Of a DNA stretch of 40,046 nt, positions 12,101 to 25,121 are shown in pieces. The DNA lies in assembly GCA_040437565.1 (NCBI GenBank), contig JBDOQK010000093.1, positions 1 through 40,046 of the forward strand, in the 5' to 3' direction. Both the position numbers and the translations under genes were made by a program. The notes under the pieces were generated by a model that did not search any database, was not told where the DNA came from, and was given only the letters and a program-made list of their open reading frames with translations. The stretch is from Albugo candida (lineage: Eukaryota). Each line of letters begins with the position of its first letter. Within the stretch, counting starts at the first letter, position 1.

Positions 12101-13900
12101 CAAGGCTTCCAAGTGCATACCACGGAGAGGATGCTTTAAATTACGCCTATGTACTTTCATCATCCAAGCTATGCTGCAGTCCCAAGCCTTGGCAGTCATA
12201 GATTTCAAGGATCCCGTATTTAAAGCAAGAATTTGCGTCTTTCAGCACATTGTCATCGACTGTTTTTGCGAGCCCTTTCATGTCTTCCCATTTATTGCAG
12301 TTTCCAAAAGCGTCGGTAGCTGCACGAATAATTGAATCGTTCAATCGTTTAGACAAAGTTCTGGACTCCGCGTTGAGTGTAAACATTCCGAAATCTCTTT
12401 CGGTCTATCTTCACGAACTTCTGAGAAACGACTGACCACCTCAGTCAATAGCATTTCTTTTTGACTTAATACACTTCAACTAGCCTCGAATGAGCCCTGG
12501 TTGCCATCCAGGTGTGTAGGTGGTACTGTGCTGTCACTATTTTGAACCAAATTTGCTGCATTCTTTGAATTGGAAACAAATTGACTGATAGCGTAATCAG
12601 ATGCTGGCTGGAACGTTTCCATGTCTCTACTGCTCGCAAAATCACCCATTCATATAGCATTCGTAGGAGACAATATGACCGGGACGTGCTGGATCATCAA
12701 ATCCCATACACGTTGAGGATCGCCGGGATACAGGGACGGATCTCGTTGTGTGTCATGTGATAGAGCACCAAAAAAAAGCGAAATAAATGGACGGCGAACG
12801 ATGAAGTTGACATGAGGACTTTCCAGATTTTGTAGCAGTTTTTTGCCCCCTTTGTCACTATCGTTGTAAGTGAGAATCTACGAAACTTTCAAAAAGATCC
12901 GTAGCCAATTGAGTCTCTCCCAGACGACCAAGTGCTCGAATAGCGGAACCATGGGCCTGAAGATAAACAGTTCCGCTTCTAGAATTCTTCATGAGTAGTT
13001 CGAACACTTGAATCAGTGAATCATCATCGTCTATGGAGGCTAGTGACTACATAAGTTCTGTCAGCCTCATTCGAGTGGATTCAGCGCTTCTTCCTTCATA
13101 TATGGCATACGCTTTATGTTTTCTTCACTTCATCGCATGCTCTCGCTTTTGCATACGACTCATGGCAATCATCATCGGAGCATTCAAAGAGTGTAGGGAC
13201 GAGATCTTTGGCTATCATCTGGCAGTATAGACTGCTCGCGTGTCAATAATATCACTCATAAATTAGAGCATCGATAGTGGCGGTGTAAATGGATTCATTC
13301 GGTGTGATATTCCGCTGTGATGAATCTTTATCAGTTATGTGAGCTGAATTGTGCTGCCTCATGACTTTCATCTTTGACAATACCAAGTTTCTAATCAGAA
13401 CGGCCTCCTATACCGCAAAAGCGCATCGCCATATCACAATGTGATGGTTCCGTTCAATTATAGACTCGCCACTTGCTTCTATTGCTTCAAAAAACAATTT
13501 AGCAGATTTTGCATCTTGTAAGGTCCCGCTGATTTCCATCGTCGTGTAGTAAGCCACCTCACTTATAGAAACCCCATCCAGACTCCTTACATTGAGAATG
13601 TAGTCCAGGACACATTTTGGGGCGCAGTGTGCAAGATATAATTGAGCAACAGAATCCACAGTAGGCCATATTGAAGCCACATTATCCACATTTATAACAC
13701 TCAGAATACCAGGAACACTACGTCCACTGCCCATGCGTGGACATATCTCGATAACAATCTCGTCCATGATCTCATCCAAAGTAATATTTCGGTATTCACA
13801 AGTGTCTAGCAATTTTAGTGCACAACGCCAATCCCCACTGGTTCTACAGTCTTCCAATACCTTAAGCATATACAATTTCTACTTTGCATTGGCATTGAAC
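9180..13900 (-). pseudogene. Large degenerate helical-repeat (pentatricopeptide-repeat-like) protein gene
   Basis: PPR-like segments include YMLKVLEDCRTSGDWRCALKLLDTCEYRNITLDE, VAYYTTMEISGTLQDAKSAKLFFEAIEASG, IIRAATDAFGNCNKWEDM and VVNVYLKTSQPEQCVKIY, separated by many stops and frameshifts. The 3' boundary is uncertain. Confidence 0.5.
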
Positions 13901-16900
13901 TGTGCACATCATGTGTCCATCGTCGAATAATGCATTGTCGCTCTGCTGGCCGTTTGAAGGATCGCCTATTTCTGTTGACTGCACTTTTGTTCGAATAGCT
14001 AATCAGTATGGTCTGACGTCCATTAGACAATCACGTCGAAGCGTCAGATTGGGATCTATGAAGCCGCCTCGATATCGTAATCAATAAAGGCTCCTAAGTT
14101 CGATGTACTTTTCGCACAGTGATGGCCAAATATAACGGTTCGCTTTCCATTTCGTTGATATAGAAAGCACATTTGAAAGGGCGAGCTAACGCTTCCGTCT
14201 CAGTATAGTCCCATTATAAAACAATTCTGTATGTTGTCGTCTATGCTGGCATTGGAACATCGCCGTGCAACAATGCGATTATTCATATCTCATTGACTGT
14301 ATATCATGTAGCTATTACATCATGACGGCAAGCACCTATCTCTTCCTTGAGAAACGATAATCGATTTGGCTGTCCGAGAGGTCTATTTGAGCAAGCTGAA
14401 AAGGTTACCGCTTTTTGATCGATCTCGATAGATATACATCGCGTAGCGTTCTGGAAAACAAGGATGGTGCCAGCCACTCAATGTCACCTGTATCATCGTG
14501 TACCGCATTCCAGTTCGAGCTACTGCAATCTCGCTAAGGAGCTAAATGTGTCGCTGAATTTTCTCACTGCTATGGAGCATCCCTGATCTGCAGTATATCA
14601 AGCGCGCGACCGCCCTTTTCCCCGTTTCCCCACACATAAAAAAGCCGGTTGTTTGGGCTAAGAAATTGTTTCTGTTGATTGGTGACGATCGAGTCCGGTC
14701 ATATCATGTAGAAAAAGTGTAACTTTGATTGACCTGATTGCATGAGAGACTACTGGCATGGTTTATGTAAAATGGAGGGAGTGACAACGTAATGCGTGCT
14801 GCAAGTTGCACGACTGTCGCAGCCTGAGATGATAAATGGCAAACAAAGGAGCATCGACTACATTCATATACTCCTTGTGCATCATTTTTGCTATCCAATA
14901 GATATTACTGTCCGAAATGCTCAATGAGTATGACGAAAGCAATCTTGACACCCCGTTTAATTGTAGAGCATCGTCGAGGAGCTAAATGTGCGCTTTCCTG
15001 ACTGGTAAGCCAAGTCAAACGTAAATACCACTAGATGTGTGGCACCTACGTCTTTCTGTTTTGTGTAGTCACGGACGTCTGCCTGTGATAAAGGAGTTGA
15101 AAAGTACCATTTTATAGTCTTGGACCAAGATCAGCTCCAGAAATCTGCTTTCAATAATGCATGATTAGCCTTCTGCTGAGCAATGAAGGACATTCGTCGC
15201 ATCCCGTTGGCAACGATATTTCTATATTAGCAAAATATCGCACAAGAGAAGAAGTATCAACTCTTCAGCGTAGACAAAGCTCTGAGTGCTTGTTCTGGTG
15301 AATTTGACATGTGAGACGGACCTTACAAGACACATTTCTTGATTCCTACATATTATTTTCTCGCACCACCAGAGGCTCACCGGATGCTACAGACACATAT
15401 CCGTTCACTACAGTGCACCATATTGTGTAACCTATCGCAAGCGGGAAAATACCTTCACTATGAGATCCCACCAGGGATAAAAAACTATTTTTATTGATTG
15501 ATCAGAAGATCGATGGTCATATACTGTTGACCCGATACGGCATGCTAATGAGTACAGAGAGATGGATTATTTTATATCATTTATATTCTAGGTGGAGGAA
15601 TGTCACTGGAGTCTCAACAGCAATGATTACGGTAAATATGCTGCAATTGTTGACTTGTCGAATCCTTGCCAAGGCTGCTTCGTTATAGGTTTCTTGTTTG
15701 TTTGAGGTAACGTCTTTGATGATCAAAGTCAAATTGTTGGTGGAGTAAAGTGAAGCTAGCGTTGTGGTGGCTGATCGTGACATTAGATCCGAAGAGATTG
15801 TAAGAACAACTTATTCTGCTGAGTATCCAGAAGCTCACTGTAACTTGAGCCATTAACGCTTACTTCGATAAAATAGCGGTTGACCAAGGTATAGGCCATT
15901 ATGATTGTACTGAAAAATACTCGTATTGATGCTGGTTTCGTTATCTCTCTTCCGTTCGTCCGCAAGTGTCCCTTATTCTACCTTGCACCTCCAGCCACTG
16001 GTTCCACCTAAGGAATTGACCTAACTGGGCCGTATACTTCTGGCTTAAGACCAGCAAGTTGCACAGAAGTATGTGAATTGTTGGAGCAATGTTAAAGCAA
16101 CGTCTGCGATCTTCAGCCGGATATGTTCGAGTCAACCGCAGAGATGAGCGGGAGGCATACTTAGGTAGAAGAACAAATCCAGAGAATATTCGAATGTTTT
16201 CCGAAGTAGCTAAAGGTACAGTTTTGGCCACTCCGTACAAAATGGACGTCAAAGCGGTGGAATGTCAGCTAATAAACGATTAAATGAACTTATGGCGATC
16301 AACAATGAAATTTAAAAAGGATCAAGGAAAAAACGAAGTATTTTGCTTTGACCTTAGAGATCAGGCTTAAGATAGCTTGCAACAACGCAAAGAAGACCAG
16401 GCTGATTTTGTTCCAGGAACATTAAAGATCAAAGAGCTTGTTGTCATTTGTAAGTCTCATCTCTTTCAAGACTTGTAAGCTTTCAATGTATGTCAGTAGT
16501 CTAACCGCAACCTCCATCATTAAACGATTTCTTGGACGGGGTACCAAACTTTCTTCATAAACCGATTCGTCGTTCTGGTCTTCTCACCAGCCACTGAAGT
16601 CGAGTTGACTATATTGGTAGTTTTACCCTCTGATGTCGCTCGTGGTATAAACGATTTCCGAGTAGGCATGCTGATTAATCCCTTACGGGATTGATTTCGG
16701 TACGGCCACTGATTAGACAAAAATGAAGAACACTGTGATCTCTTTAGTGGCGTCATCATGAATCGATGTATAAATTCTCTCAGAAGTCCCAAGGAGGACT
16801 TGTGACGATATGCCACTTGGTACAACTTAACACTAGTACGTCTTAGCGTTATAGCAGTTACAGCACGTCAACATTTAGCGGTCAAATTTTTTCTCACGAT

Positions 16901-17174
16901 CTGACGTGCATGCCGTTCCGGTATCGCGTCGGCGTTCACCCGTCAATATTGTGAAGTTTTCTTTTGTACGACAATCAACTTTTTTTAATATCGTCGGGCT
17001 TTACTACACGACCATGGTCCCGTTCATTTGATAAGCTATGTAATGGAGGAATTACCCAGCAAATTTAAGATCACGACGATGCGTAAGTTTTCCGTATGCA
17101 CAGCTATCAAAATGACGATCGCTCTATCGTAAAAGCAGTCGTGGTATGCACATTACATCCGATGAAGTTATCCA

Positions 17175-17410
17175 CGTAGTGATTGGCAAATGCTATGATC
17201 ACATGCCTGTGGGTATCAGCGACTACTCGTCAGAGAAAAGTTCGTATGCTGACGCACTTTACTACTTCATATGAGCATTTGAAAAGTGGAAGGTATTATA
17301 ACCTACTTACAGGCGTATTCAGTCATGAGCAGATAAGTAATTTGCTTGCCAATATAATCGGCTTGTACTTTTATGGCAAGCAAGTTGCACAGAGTTTATG
17401 TGCCCTTATC
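17175..17410 (+). pseudogene. Rhomboid-family protease fragment (truncated)
   Basis: HFTTSYEHLKSGRYYNLLTGVFSHEQISNLLANIIGLYFYGKQVAQSL matches the rhomboid GR.(W/Y).L.T..FSH....HL..N...L..FG pattern. The HxxxN His is replaced by N, and the frame ends before the catalytic GxSG. Confidence 0.8.
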
Positions 17411-17417
17411 ACTTCGT

Positions 17418-19597
17418 TTAGTCTTCGATGCTGAAATCTGTGCTTGGGTGCATGACTCGTACTCCCTGCTTAAACACCTGAACGATTCGCCTTTGGAAGA
17501 ATAAATTCGTCGCACACAAGTTCAGACCACAAGTATAAAAGCCAATATCATCCTCTACAGGCCCCATCTCTTCACCAGCACGAAGTATCATTCTGCGCTG
17601 TGCCACACTTAAAATGAGATATGAATTCTTGCGACTCCTGGCTCCATAATCATGAAAATCAGAGTTCATGACGATGACAGTCCACAAAACACGACAACCA
17701 CTCAATTTGGCGGCTGTACTGACAATTGGTCTCAGTCCATCGTTCATTGAAGAAATCGAGCCATCTTTGGAACTTCCTCGGCTCACTAACAGTTCTTCGT
17801 GTTGTTCGTTCGAGTTCGAATTCGATTGTGCCCCAAGATCCATCGATTTGATTTGTCCAATAACTGGAATATAATAGACCGTTTTTAAATGAAGACTGTG
17901 GTCGTCCTCTTTCATTGAAGCATACGAAAATCAATTTGTGCTGGGAACTGCACCCCCAGTCAATTCTTGTGATATTATAGTTTCGACTGATGGGTCATTA
18001 CTTAGAACAACAGCGACAAGAATTGTTTTCCTCGAAATCATAGTCTGACGATGGACTTGTACAAAACAGAATTTCCATGTCGCGATCCAATGAAAATACT
18101 GTCATTGTCGCGATTGATCAATTCACAAGATGCAGTCGACGCCGGGGTTTCCACTTTGCGCAATATGAATCTCCCAGTATGATTATACGACGATGAGCCA
18201 TGAAGACTGCTGCTTTGACCAGCAAAATTTGATAACGCTGTGGATGAATTGGGCTTGATCGCATGCGTGAGCTCTAGCAACCTTCGTGCTGTAGACGCGA
18301 GCCGAGGAAGATATTTTGTAAAAGTGACACGAACGGATTCATCTGAATCGATTGGAAACCGATACATGGTGTCGAGAATGTATTGCAGGAAGACCGAAGC
18401 ATCGGATAATGGCACTGTTGCGATCAAATCCAGGATGAAGGTGAAAGTGCAGAGCGCTAATGCTAGTATAGAAGCCACGGAATCTTTTAGCACTTCCAAA
18501 AGAAACGGGACCAGACGCAAAACTGTCTGTGAGATACTATGAGCCCAATTTCCGAGCATTTGGATCTAATTGCAGCATATCGAGTAGTAAATTCTCCAAA
18601 ATTGAATCTTCAATCAGTGTAGCGACCCAGAAGCTCGTACCTCCTGTTCGAGGATATTTCAAAAATGCAGGACGATCAGATAGAGGTTTCCTCCCTTAAA
18701 TAGTTTAGCAATAGCACAACCAGCCGAGAAAATATCCATCCATTCATAAACCGTTCCTCCCCTGGATGCTCTAGAATTCTCATTTGCATTCCCAGTAGTA
18801 GTCGATGCTTCAGACGGCGAAATGATGTACATTCCACCCAGAACGCTTCCAGGCGACAGAACTGCGGGTGATGGGTCTTTATCAGTTTCGGTCTGTTTCC
18901 TTCCCATATCTTCCAATCGCATTGCGTTCACAAATCCTTCCAAATTTGGACTAGAAAATCGCTCTGGCGCCACATTACAGCTCCTTCCGCTTCCACCAAT
19001 CGGACAGTAATAGTAATGATACTCAGATGGATCGTCTTCCGTGATATAAGGCGGTTTGAAAGGCGCGAATTCCGTAAGAAAGAGCCAATTCCACGTGACA
19101 ATCATCAGATTCCAATTTTACGTCGCCATGACACACACCTTCCCGATGACATTGCTCTACTGCTTTTAACAATTGAAAAGGTATCCAATTTTCCCAATTT
19201 TGCTTGAGAATGGACGTCAGAAAACTCGATCGTATAAACTCATTGCGAAATACTGACGCACGAGGAAGGGGACATGATGTTTACTCGAGAAATGGTAGTT
19301 TGCGTATGGAATAGGATTGGGAACGGCTTCCAGCAGGATCAAAACAGATGACACAAGGCGTATTTATGTGAACGGAAGTGAGTGTATCTTGAAGATCATA
19401 TTGACAGCACAATTTGATCACCACCATCACTCCGTCGTCACATTCACATCAAATGGTTTTGAAGAATTTGCTATCGGCAAGGATGCGTTGAATACGATGT
19501 TGGGATTGGAATAGGAGTAGTCTATCAGAAAGGTGCGGTATTGTGAGCCAGAGTCGTAAGGGCTTGCGTGTTGAGAGCGCGCGACCGCGTTGCCCAT
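17418..19597 (-). pseudogene. VPS15: VPS15/PIK3R4 (class III PI3K regulatory kinase) pseudogene, kinase plus HEAT region
   Basis: Starts MGNAVARSQ (ATG at 19597, myristoylation-type MGN). Kinase motifs include LADSKFFKTI, CHGDVK, WNWLFLTEFAPFKPPYITEDDPSEY, CNVAPERF and MDIFSAGCAIAKLF. The HEAT segment reads LVPFLLEVLKD...DESVRVTFTKYLPRLASTARRLLE. Multiple frameshifts and stops; no WD40 region is recognisable. Confidence 0.9.
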
Positions 19598-20321
19598 TGT
19601 TTACTCTTTGTGCAAAGAAAGGGTGCACTATTGGAATGAGCAGAATGATTGTGGTGAGATTTAAACTAGGAAAATGTAGGACGTATTTTTTCATCATTTC
19701 TTGTTATAGATCCTTTCGCAATGGCTGCATGTGGTTGGAACTTGATTGCAGGAGCTTGAGAGTATTAGTGTAGCAAAGATTAGCGTCTATTGTGCTATGT
19801 ATTGTGCAATCTATGAGATTAATTCAGGTTTTGTACTGGTCTCGGCAGGTTTAAGTGTGATGATTGTACGACAGCAATACATAGAATGTTTGCCAAGGGT
19901 GATGATTTTTGTTCAGTGAATGACGATTATACAAGCATGACGCGATGGTCTTGCAATACTTTGTCACATGGAATAAGTTTCGATTTATCGCGGAAAGACA
20001 AGTTTAACTCATTCAGTGATTAAGAAGAATCTTATGATAATATGTGTTATATATTGCCTATCCGGATCGGTCCATACAACGTATGTCAATATCGCGTTTC
20101 AACAAAGGACGTGGGAAGCGCATTCACAGGTTGCGAAAAAAGTAGCTAGCCTGTATCTTTTGTTCGCAAGTGGAGAGATGCTTGGGTACTATGGGACTCC
20201 TTTCCAACTTGGAAAAAAGGCGTGCGGAAGGCGTTGGGTTGCCAGATGATGATTTTAAATTCAATGTGACTCCTTCCGTGGATTATATCTTACTATACTG
20301 TTGATATGTATTATAATATAG

Positions 20322-20815
20322 CCAACTGTTACCGACAAATCCTTTTTCGACATCGCCATAAACAATGATTATATCGGTCGAGTCGTGCTTGGTCTTAACG
20401 GTAACGTACAGCAGAAAAACAATCGAGAATTTCAGAGCATTATGCATTGAAGAAGTCGACAGTAAGAGACAAAGGAAAGCTTTACAGTTCAAAGCTATCA
20501 CCTTCCATCCTATTGTACCTGTCTTCATGTATACCACCTAACGCAGTTTGATCCATTGTCCTGATTTCATGTGACTATATCATGATTCAGGACGGTGGTA
20601 TCCTCCGCGGCGATAGGTCAACTGGCGTATCTATATAGATAGGTCGATTTCTGGACGAAAACTTGGCATTACCACATGCTGGACATGAAACTTTGAATAC
20701 GGCAAACAGTGGACCCGATACAAACAGTAGTCAGTTTTTCAGCTGTACCAGTGAGACGCCTGGCTCGATGAGACACGTCCCTTTTTGGACGATTTCATGA
20801 CGGCATGGATGTGAA
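20322..20815 (+). pseudogene. Cyclophilin-type peptidyl-prolyl isomerase pseudogene
   Basis: Fragments in order: VTDKSFFDIAINNDYIGRVVLGL, ENFRALC, FHPIVP, IQDGGILRGDRSTGVSIY, TANSGPDTNSSQFF, WLD and GMDV. This is collinear with the cyclophilin consensus but frameshifted. Confidence 0.9.
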
Positions 20816-20899
20816 TGAATTGATCTCCAGTGTCGGAAGCCGTTGTGGCACTGCACGTGTCTCTGTTTCTGTCACAGATTGTGCTGAAATCGAAAGGGA

Positions 20900-23800
20900 C
20901 ATTATCCGAAAAGCCGACAACTAACCTCCGAAACATACACAAAACTGCTCGCACACGTTACTCCTCAGTTATTTGAACTCCTGCAATCTCCATACGAACA
21001 CGAGCAACTTGGCGGCCTTGACGCGATCAACTTACTGATTGAAATCGCGACAGAAGATCATACCATCTGCTTTGCCAATTACCTTCACCAGTTCATCGCA
21101 CAATCGGTTGTTCCAAAGACACAGCAAGCATTTTTTGTTACAGCAAAAGTATTAGGACGACTGGCTTCGGTCATTACGAAAAATGGAAACGGAATCAGTG
21201 GAAGTTAGATCGTAGCGTGTGTTGATTTTGGAGTAAGAAAAACTTCCGAATGGCTACAAGGAGATCTTCAGGAACCAATTTTCAGTCAAAGAAGACTGGC
21301 AGCAAGTTTTGTACTGAAGGATTCGGCACGAGTTGCTTCGACGCTCTTTCATACTAATTTGATGATGTTTTTCCAGTCAATTTAGGCACGCATTCGCGAT
21401 CTTCGTACTGAAATAAAAGAGGCAGGTAGGTGACCGCTTAGTGCGTGTTTGGAGCTGACTGCTTTACGACAAACTCACCTCCGTATTCAATGGTGCTGCA
21501 ACGTTTATGTTAAATTATTTCCAGGATTGGGCGAGTAGCATGCAACGGAACGTGCTAATTTTCGAGAAGGTAATGCTGCATGCTCCAACTTTTAACCAAA
21601 ACGATCTCAGAGTCAAGCGCGGAAGGTAGATCCGGCTTGAAGCGTGGTATCACCTCGTCCGGCTCTGAATCAGCTTCACATCACAGCACTTCACTCCACG
21701 CACATGAAACTCGTTCTAAAATTCCGGCCTCTTGCCTATCATGTCATGGGAAGCAGCACATGGCTCCCTTCTTGTCATCTCTGAAATGCTCAAAAACATG
21801 TGTCGACTCATGATTTCACGATTTCACCAGGTTTGTGAGACTGTCTTACTCTATAGAGATCCAAGAATAAAAACATATCAATCGCATAGTGTGCTTACTA
21901 CTCCCTTAGCTAGAATCCCTCTGTCCCGAAGCCTTTGTGCGTCATTACTTGGAAGACACGGTGCTCCACTTATTAGAACAGACTGAAACATGCTCAACTG
22001 TTCCGTCTTCATCTTCCCTCAGGCAAGCAGCAAACACTTTTAGAATGGAAATACCTTGTAACTATGGACTTGGGACCTCCCCGAAACCACATCTTGCAAG
22101 ATTTAGCGAAACTATCAACGTCAATTGTTATGGTGATAGCATTGTGAGCTTTTCCGAGCGTGGTATTTCTTTCTTTGCACTCGGCCAACTGGCCTTAGCG
22201 GTCGGGGAAGACTGATATGTGCCCATATTTACCTGTAATTATCATCAAATTAGTTTAAGAGAGTCTCTTCTCTTAAAATGTGACTCGACCAAAAATAGAG
22301 GGAGCACAGTCCCTGGCTATGGTGCACGATGGACAAAAGAGAGTATGGGAGTCTTGGACCCAAACTCTTCGACAAGAATGTTTATCGCCATTGGGTGTGA
22401 CTTGTAGATCTTACAAACGGAAATGTGTCTCGGACACTTCCAACTTTTTGCTGGCTATGTACAAATTTCTAATGAAATGAAATCATAAATGCGAGAGAGA
22501 AGTGTCAAGTTGTTTTTCTACAACATTAATACTATTTATCTTCTGCACTTGACGCGCGGAACCTTGTGATGGCCAGCTACTCTATTTCTAAATCCTTTCT
22601 CAGTGACTCGGCCTCTATGCAGAGGAATGGTCAATGATGACGAAAAGAATTGCGGCATCGTTCACGCGCATGCGAAAGTTGGCTGAATCGTTTCTTCCCG
22701 TCCTCTTTATTTCCACTATTGCAGGAATTTCCATATTCGTGTTGGTACGCTGATCTTGCGCCCCGCACTATAATTAGAAAGCTGATCGGTAAGCCAGCAT
22801 GTAAAAAATTATAAAGAAGGAAAGGCTTGGTTGAATTCTTCCTAAGAAGGAAAGGCCGAGAAATTGTCCCTTGAAGATGGTGCACGAGAAGATCCAAGGG
22901 AAAAGCCGACGGTAAAGATCACTGTTGGGAACGTAGGTAACGGGAAAGACGGTGGTACTGGGTTAAGGGAAGGGTTAGGCGAATGATGTGATATAATCGA
23001 AAGACACGATAAAGAACGAAAAACAAGCTATTTGCATCGAAACTTCGGATTGTGTCGCCAATTTGGCCCAATCTCTTGGAGAAGAATTGACACCTTAGAT
23101 ACACGATCTGATGGAGATCATGCTGACGGATTAGCTGTCCGATATATTGGTAAGTGAGCTCACAAATATCGTTGCAAATGTCCCCAGTGCGTTTTTATGG
23201 AACAAGGAAAAAAAACGACGACTTTGAATGAGATTTCAGTCAGTCTGTGGGGACTTCAATTTTTCGGAAATGAATGATATGAGTTGAGTGAGTGCACAAA
23301 GACAACGGCTTTAACTGATTCTCCCGCTTTGATTCCTCAGCGACTGAGACCACCGTCGAATCACGCCAGGTTTCCGCCAGGTTTTGGGATAGCGGTACTC
23401 TCGAACCGGTAATGGATCGATCGTAAGCACCATTTTCCAATCCGAGCGACCAGAAAAAACAGCTCCATTATGTCTTAGTTTTCGGTTCTGAGCAAATAAG
23501 GATCAGCTTTTCAACTCGATGACAATGGATTCGCGATAAATATAGAGGATCAAAGAAGTCAAAGCTCAAGAAATTTGCCCGCCAGTACGACTGTGTTTAA
23601 AGGAGACTTACTCGGAACGTGATGAGATTCTCTGTACGAAGGAATATCTCCTGGTTTTTGGTCACCACAGTCACATTTTCACCTCGTTCTGTCGCTCAAA
23701 ACAGTCATTTGTTTCGACTATTATGGCAATTTTAGTCACTTCACGTTCACCGGCGCTGTAATTCCAGAGCCCTGATCCGCGTATATGTCAACAAGCCGTC

Positions 23801-24670
23801 CTCACGTGCACCAAGCTTCTCCTATTCTCTGCTGAGTGAAAGCTTTAAAATAGGGCTGCTCACGAGAAATGTTTTGGCTGGTCATATATCTCCAAACGGG
23901 ACCTAGTAGTCCTGTCATGGATGCTATTCAGACTCGATTTCTTCAAGTAGGCTTCGCCGACATCGAGGTCAATGTCCGTCGATCTGTGCTCGTCTCCTTT
24001 CTGAAAGCCAGTTTCGACGTCAGGAGCAACATTGGATATATTGCTAAAGATCCCCAATGATAAACAAGCAGTAACGCGAGAGCATACAATGAAACTTTTG
24101 AATCGATTGGCTTGTTTGAATCCGGCATTTTTGATTCCTTTCCTTCGGAGAATACTTATACAGCTACTCAAGGATTTGAGATATGCTCCCGTACCTCCCA
24201 AAGATTTCGATTTACGGGGGCAAAGCACTTGTCTTTTCGTTCAGCTTATTCGAACGAAGCAGGATCTAGTGGACCCGTACCTTCTGCCGATACTGCAGAT
24301 TATCATTCCAAATATTCTTCACGGGAGTCATCAAACATCGCTGGCTAGTGCGGTACTTGTTGCGGTTGTACAATTGGCTGCTGTAGCTCAACGCCAACTA
24401 GAATCGTTTACGGCCTTTCAATTTCCGATCGTGGTCTACACATTACAGGATGAGGGAGTTGTCAATAGGCATCAAATTGCACTTGAGACTCTCGCTGCTC
24501 TTGTAGGCAGCTCAGACTGTGGAGTCCGTCAACATTTGGCCTTTTCAACTATTCTAGTAAAAGCTCTTGCTCTACTTCAGCAATGGGCCGCATCTCCTTG
24601 GCAAGTACGACAAGAAGCTATGTAGACAATTGGCATTCTCGGAGCACTCGACCCTACAAGTACAAACTGT
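20900..24670 (+). pseudogene. TOR: TOR kinase pseudogene, N-terminal HEAT region only
   Basis: Fragments in order: QLFELLQS..EQLGGLDAINLLIE..FANYL, VDFGVRKTSEWLQGD..RRLAASFVLK, AHGSLLVISEML, DCVANLAQSLG, VGFADIEVNVRRSVL, LNRLACLNPAFLIPFLRRILIQLLKDL and IGILGALDPYKYK. All are collinear with TOR HEAT repeats. Many stops and frameshifts; no FAT, FRB or kinase domain. Confidence 0.92.
22279..23006. mobile_element. ~730-bp insertion interrupting the TOR relic, possibly a solo LTR or non-autonomous element
   Basis: TOR homology stops at ...LRESLLLK (22278) and resumes at KNKLF/IETSDCVANLAQ (~23020). The insert begins TGTGACTCGA and ends TCGAAAGACA, an imperfect TG...CA terminal inverted match. No clean target-site duplication. 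Confidence 0.4.
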
Positions 24671-25121
24671 GTCTGTCGGGGTCTGTCCTACTCGCCAATG
24701 ATCAAGACATGTTCAGTAAAGCTTCCGATATCACAAACAAGAAGAAGACAAAGGTAATGGCGCACGGTGGAGGACGGAACAATGCTAGCGTTACGTCATG
24801 GATGACTCGAATGTCTGACTACTGCAGCTGTAAATTGATCTTAAGCGACTCGGGATTCCCATCGACACAGCGGCTTTTAAGGGTACGGCTCATACCATGC
24901 ACGTTTTGGACGATAAGCAGCTGTTTGCGATGCTTGGCGGAATGTGAAAGTTCTTTTTGGTCCCAGTCAAAGCATTTGCTAGAGGCAGCACACGATCAAC
25001 TCGAAGCTCTGATGGTTTAAGAGAAATGTTCGATATATATAAAGAGTAAGCGCTTGATCTTAACCTTCTGTTGCAGTTGCGGGAGGAACATGTCTGTGAA
25101 GAAGAGTCATTGCGAAAGCGG

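Noticed and set aside
14740-15560. SET-domain methyltransferase relic (ERLLAWFM*NGG; GHILLTRYGML)
   Set aside because: Only two weak motif resemblances and no NHS core; insufficient for a call.
22958-22980. Interstitial telomere (GGGTTAAGGGAAGGGTTAGG)
   Set aside because: Too short and does not match this genome's TTTATGG unit.
24032-24625. 197-aa ORF as an intact gene
   Set aside because: It is an internal stop-free piece of the TOR pseudogene.
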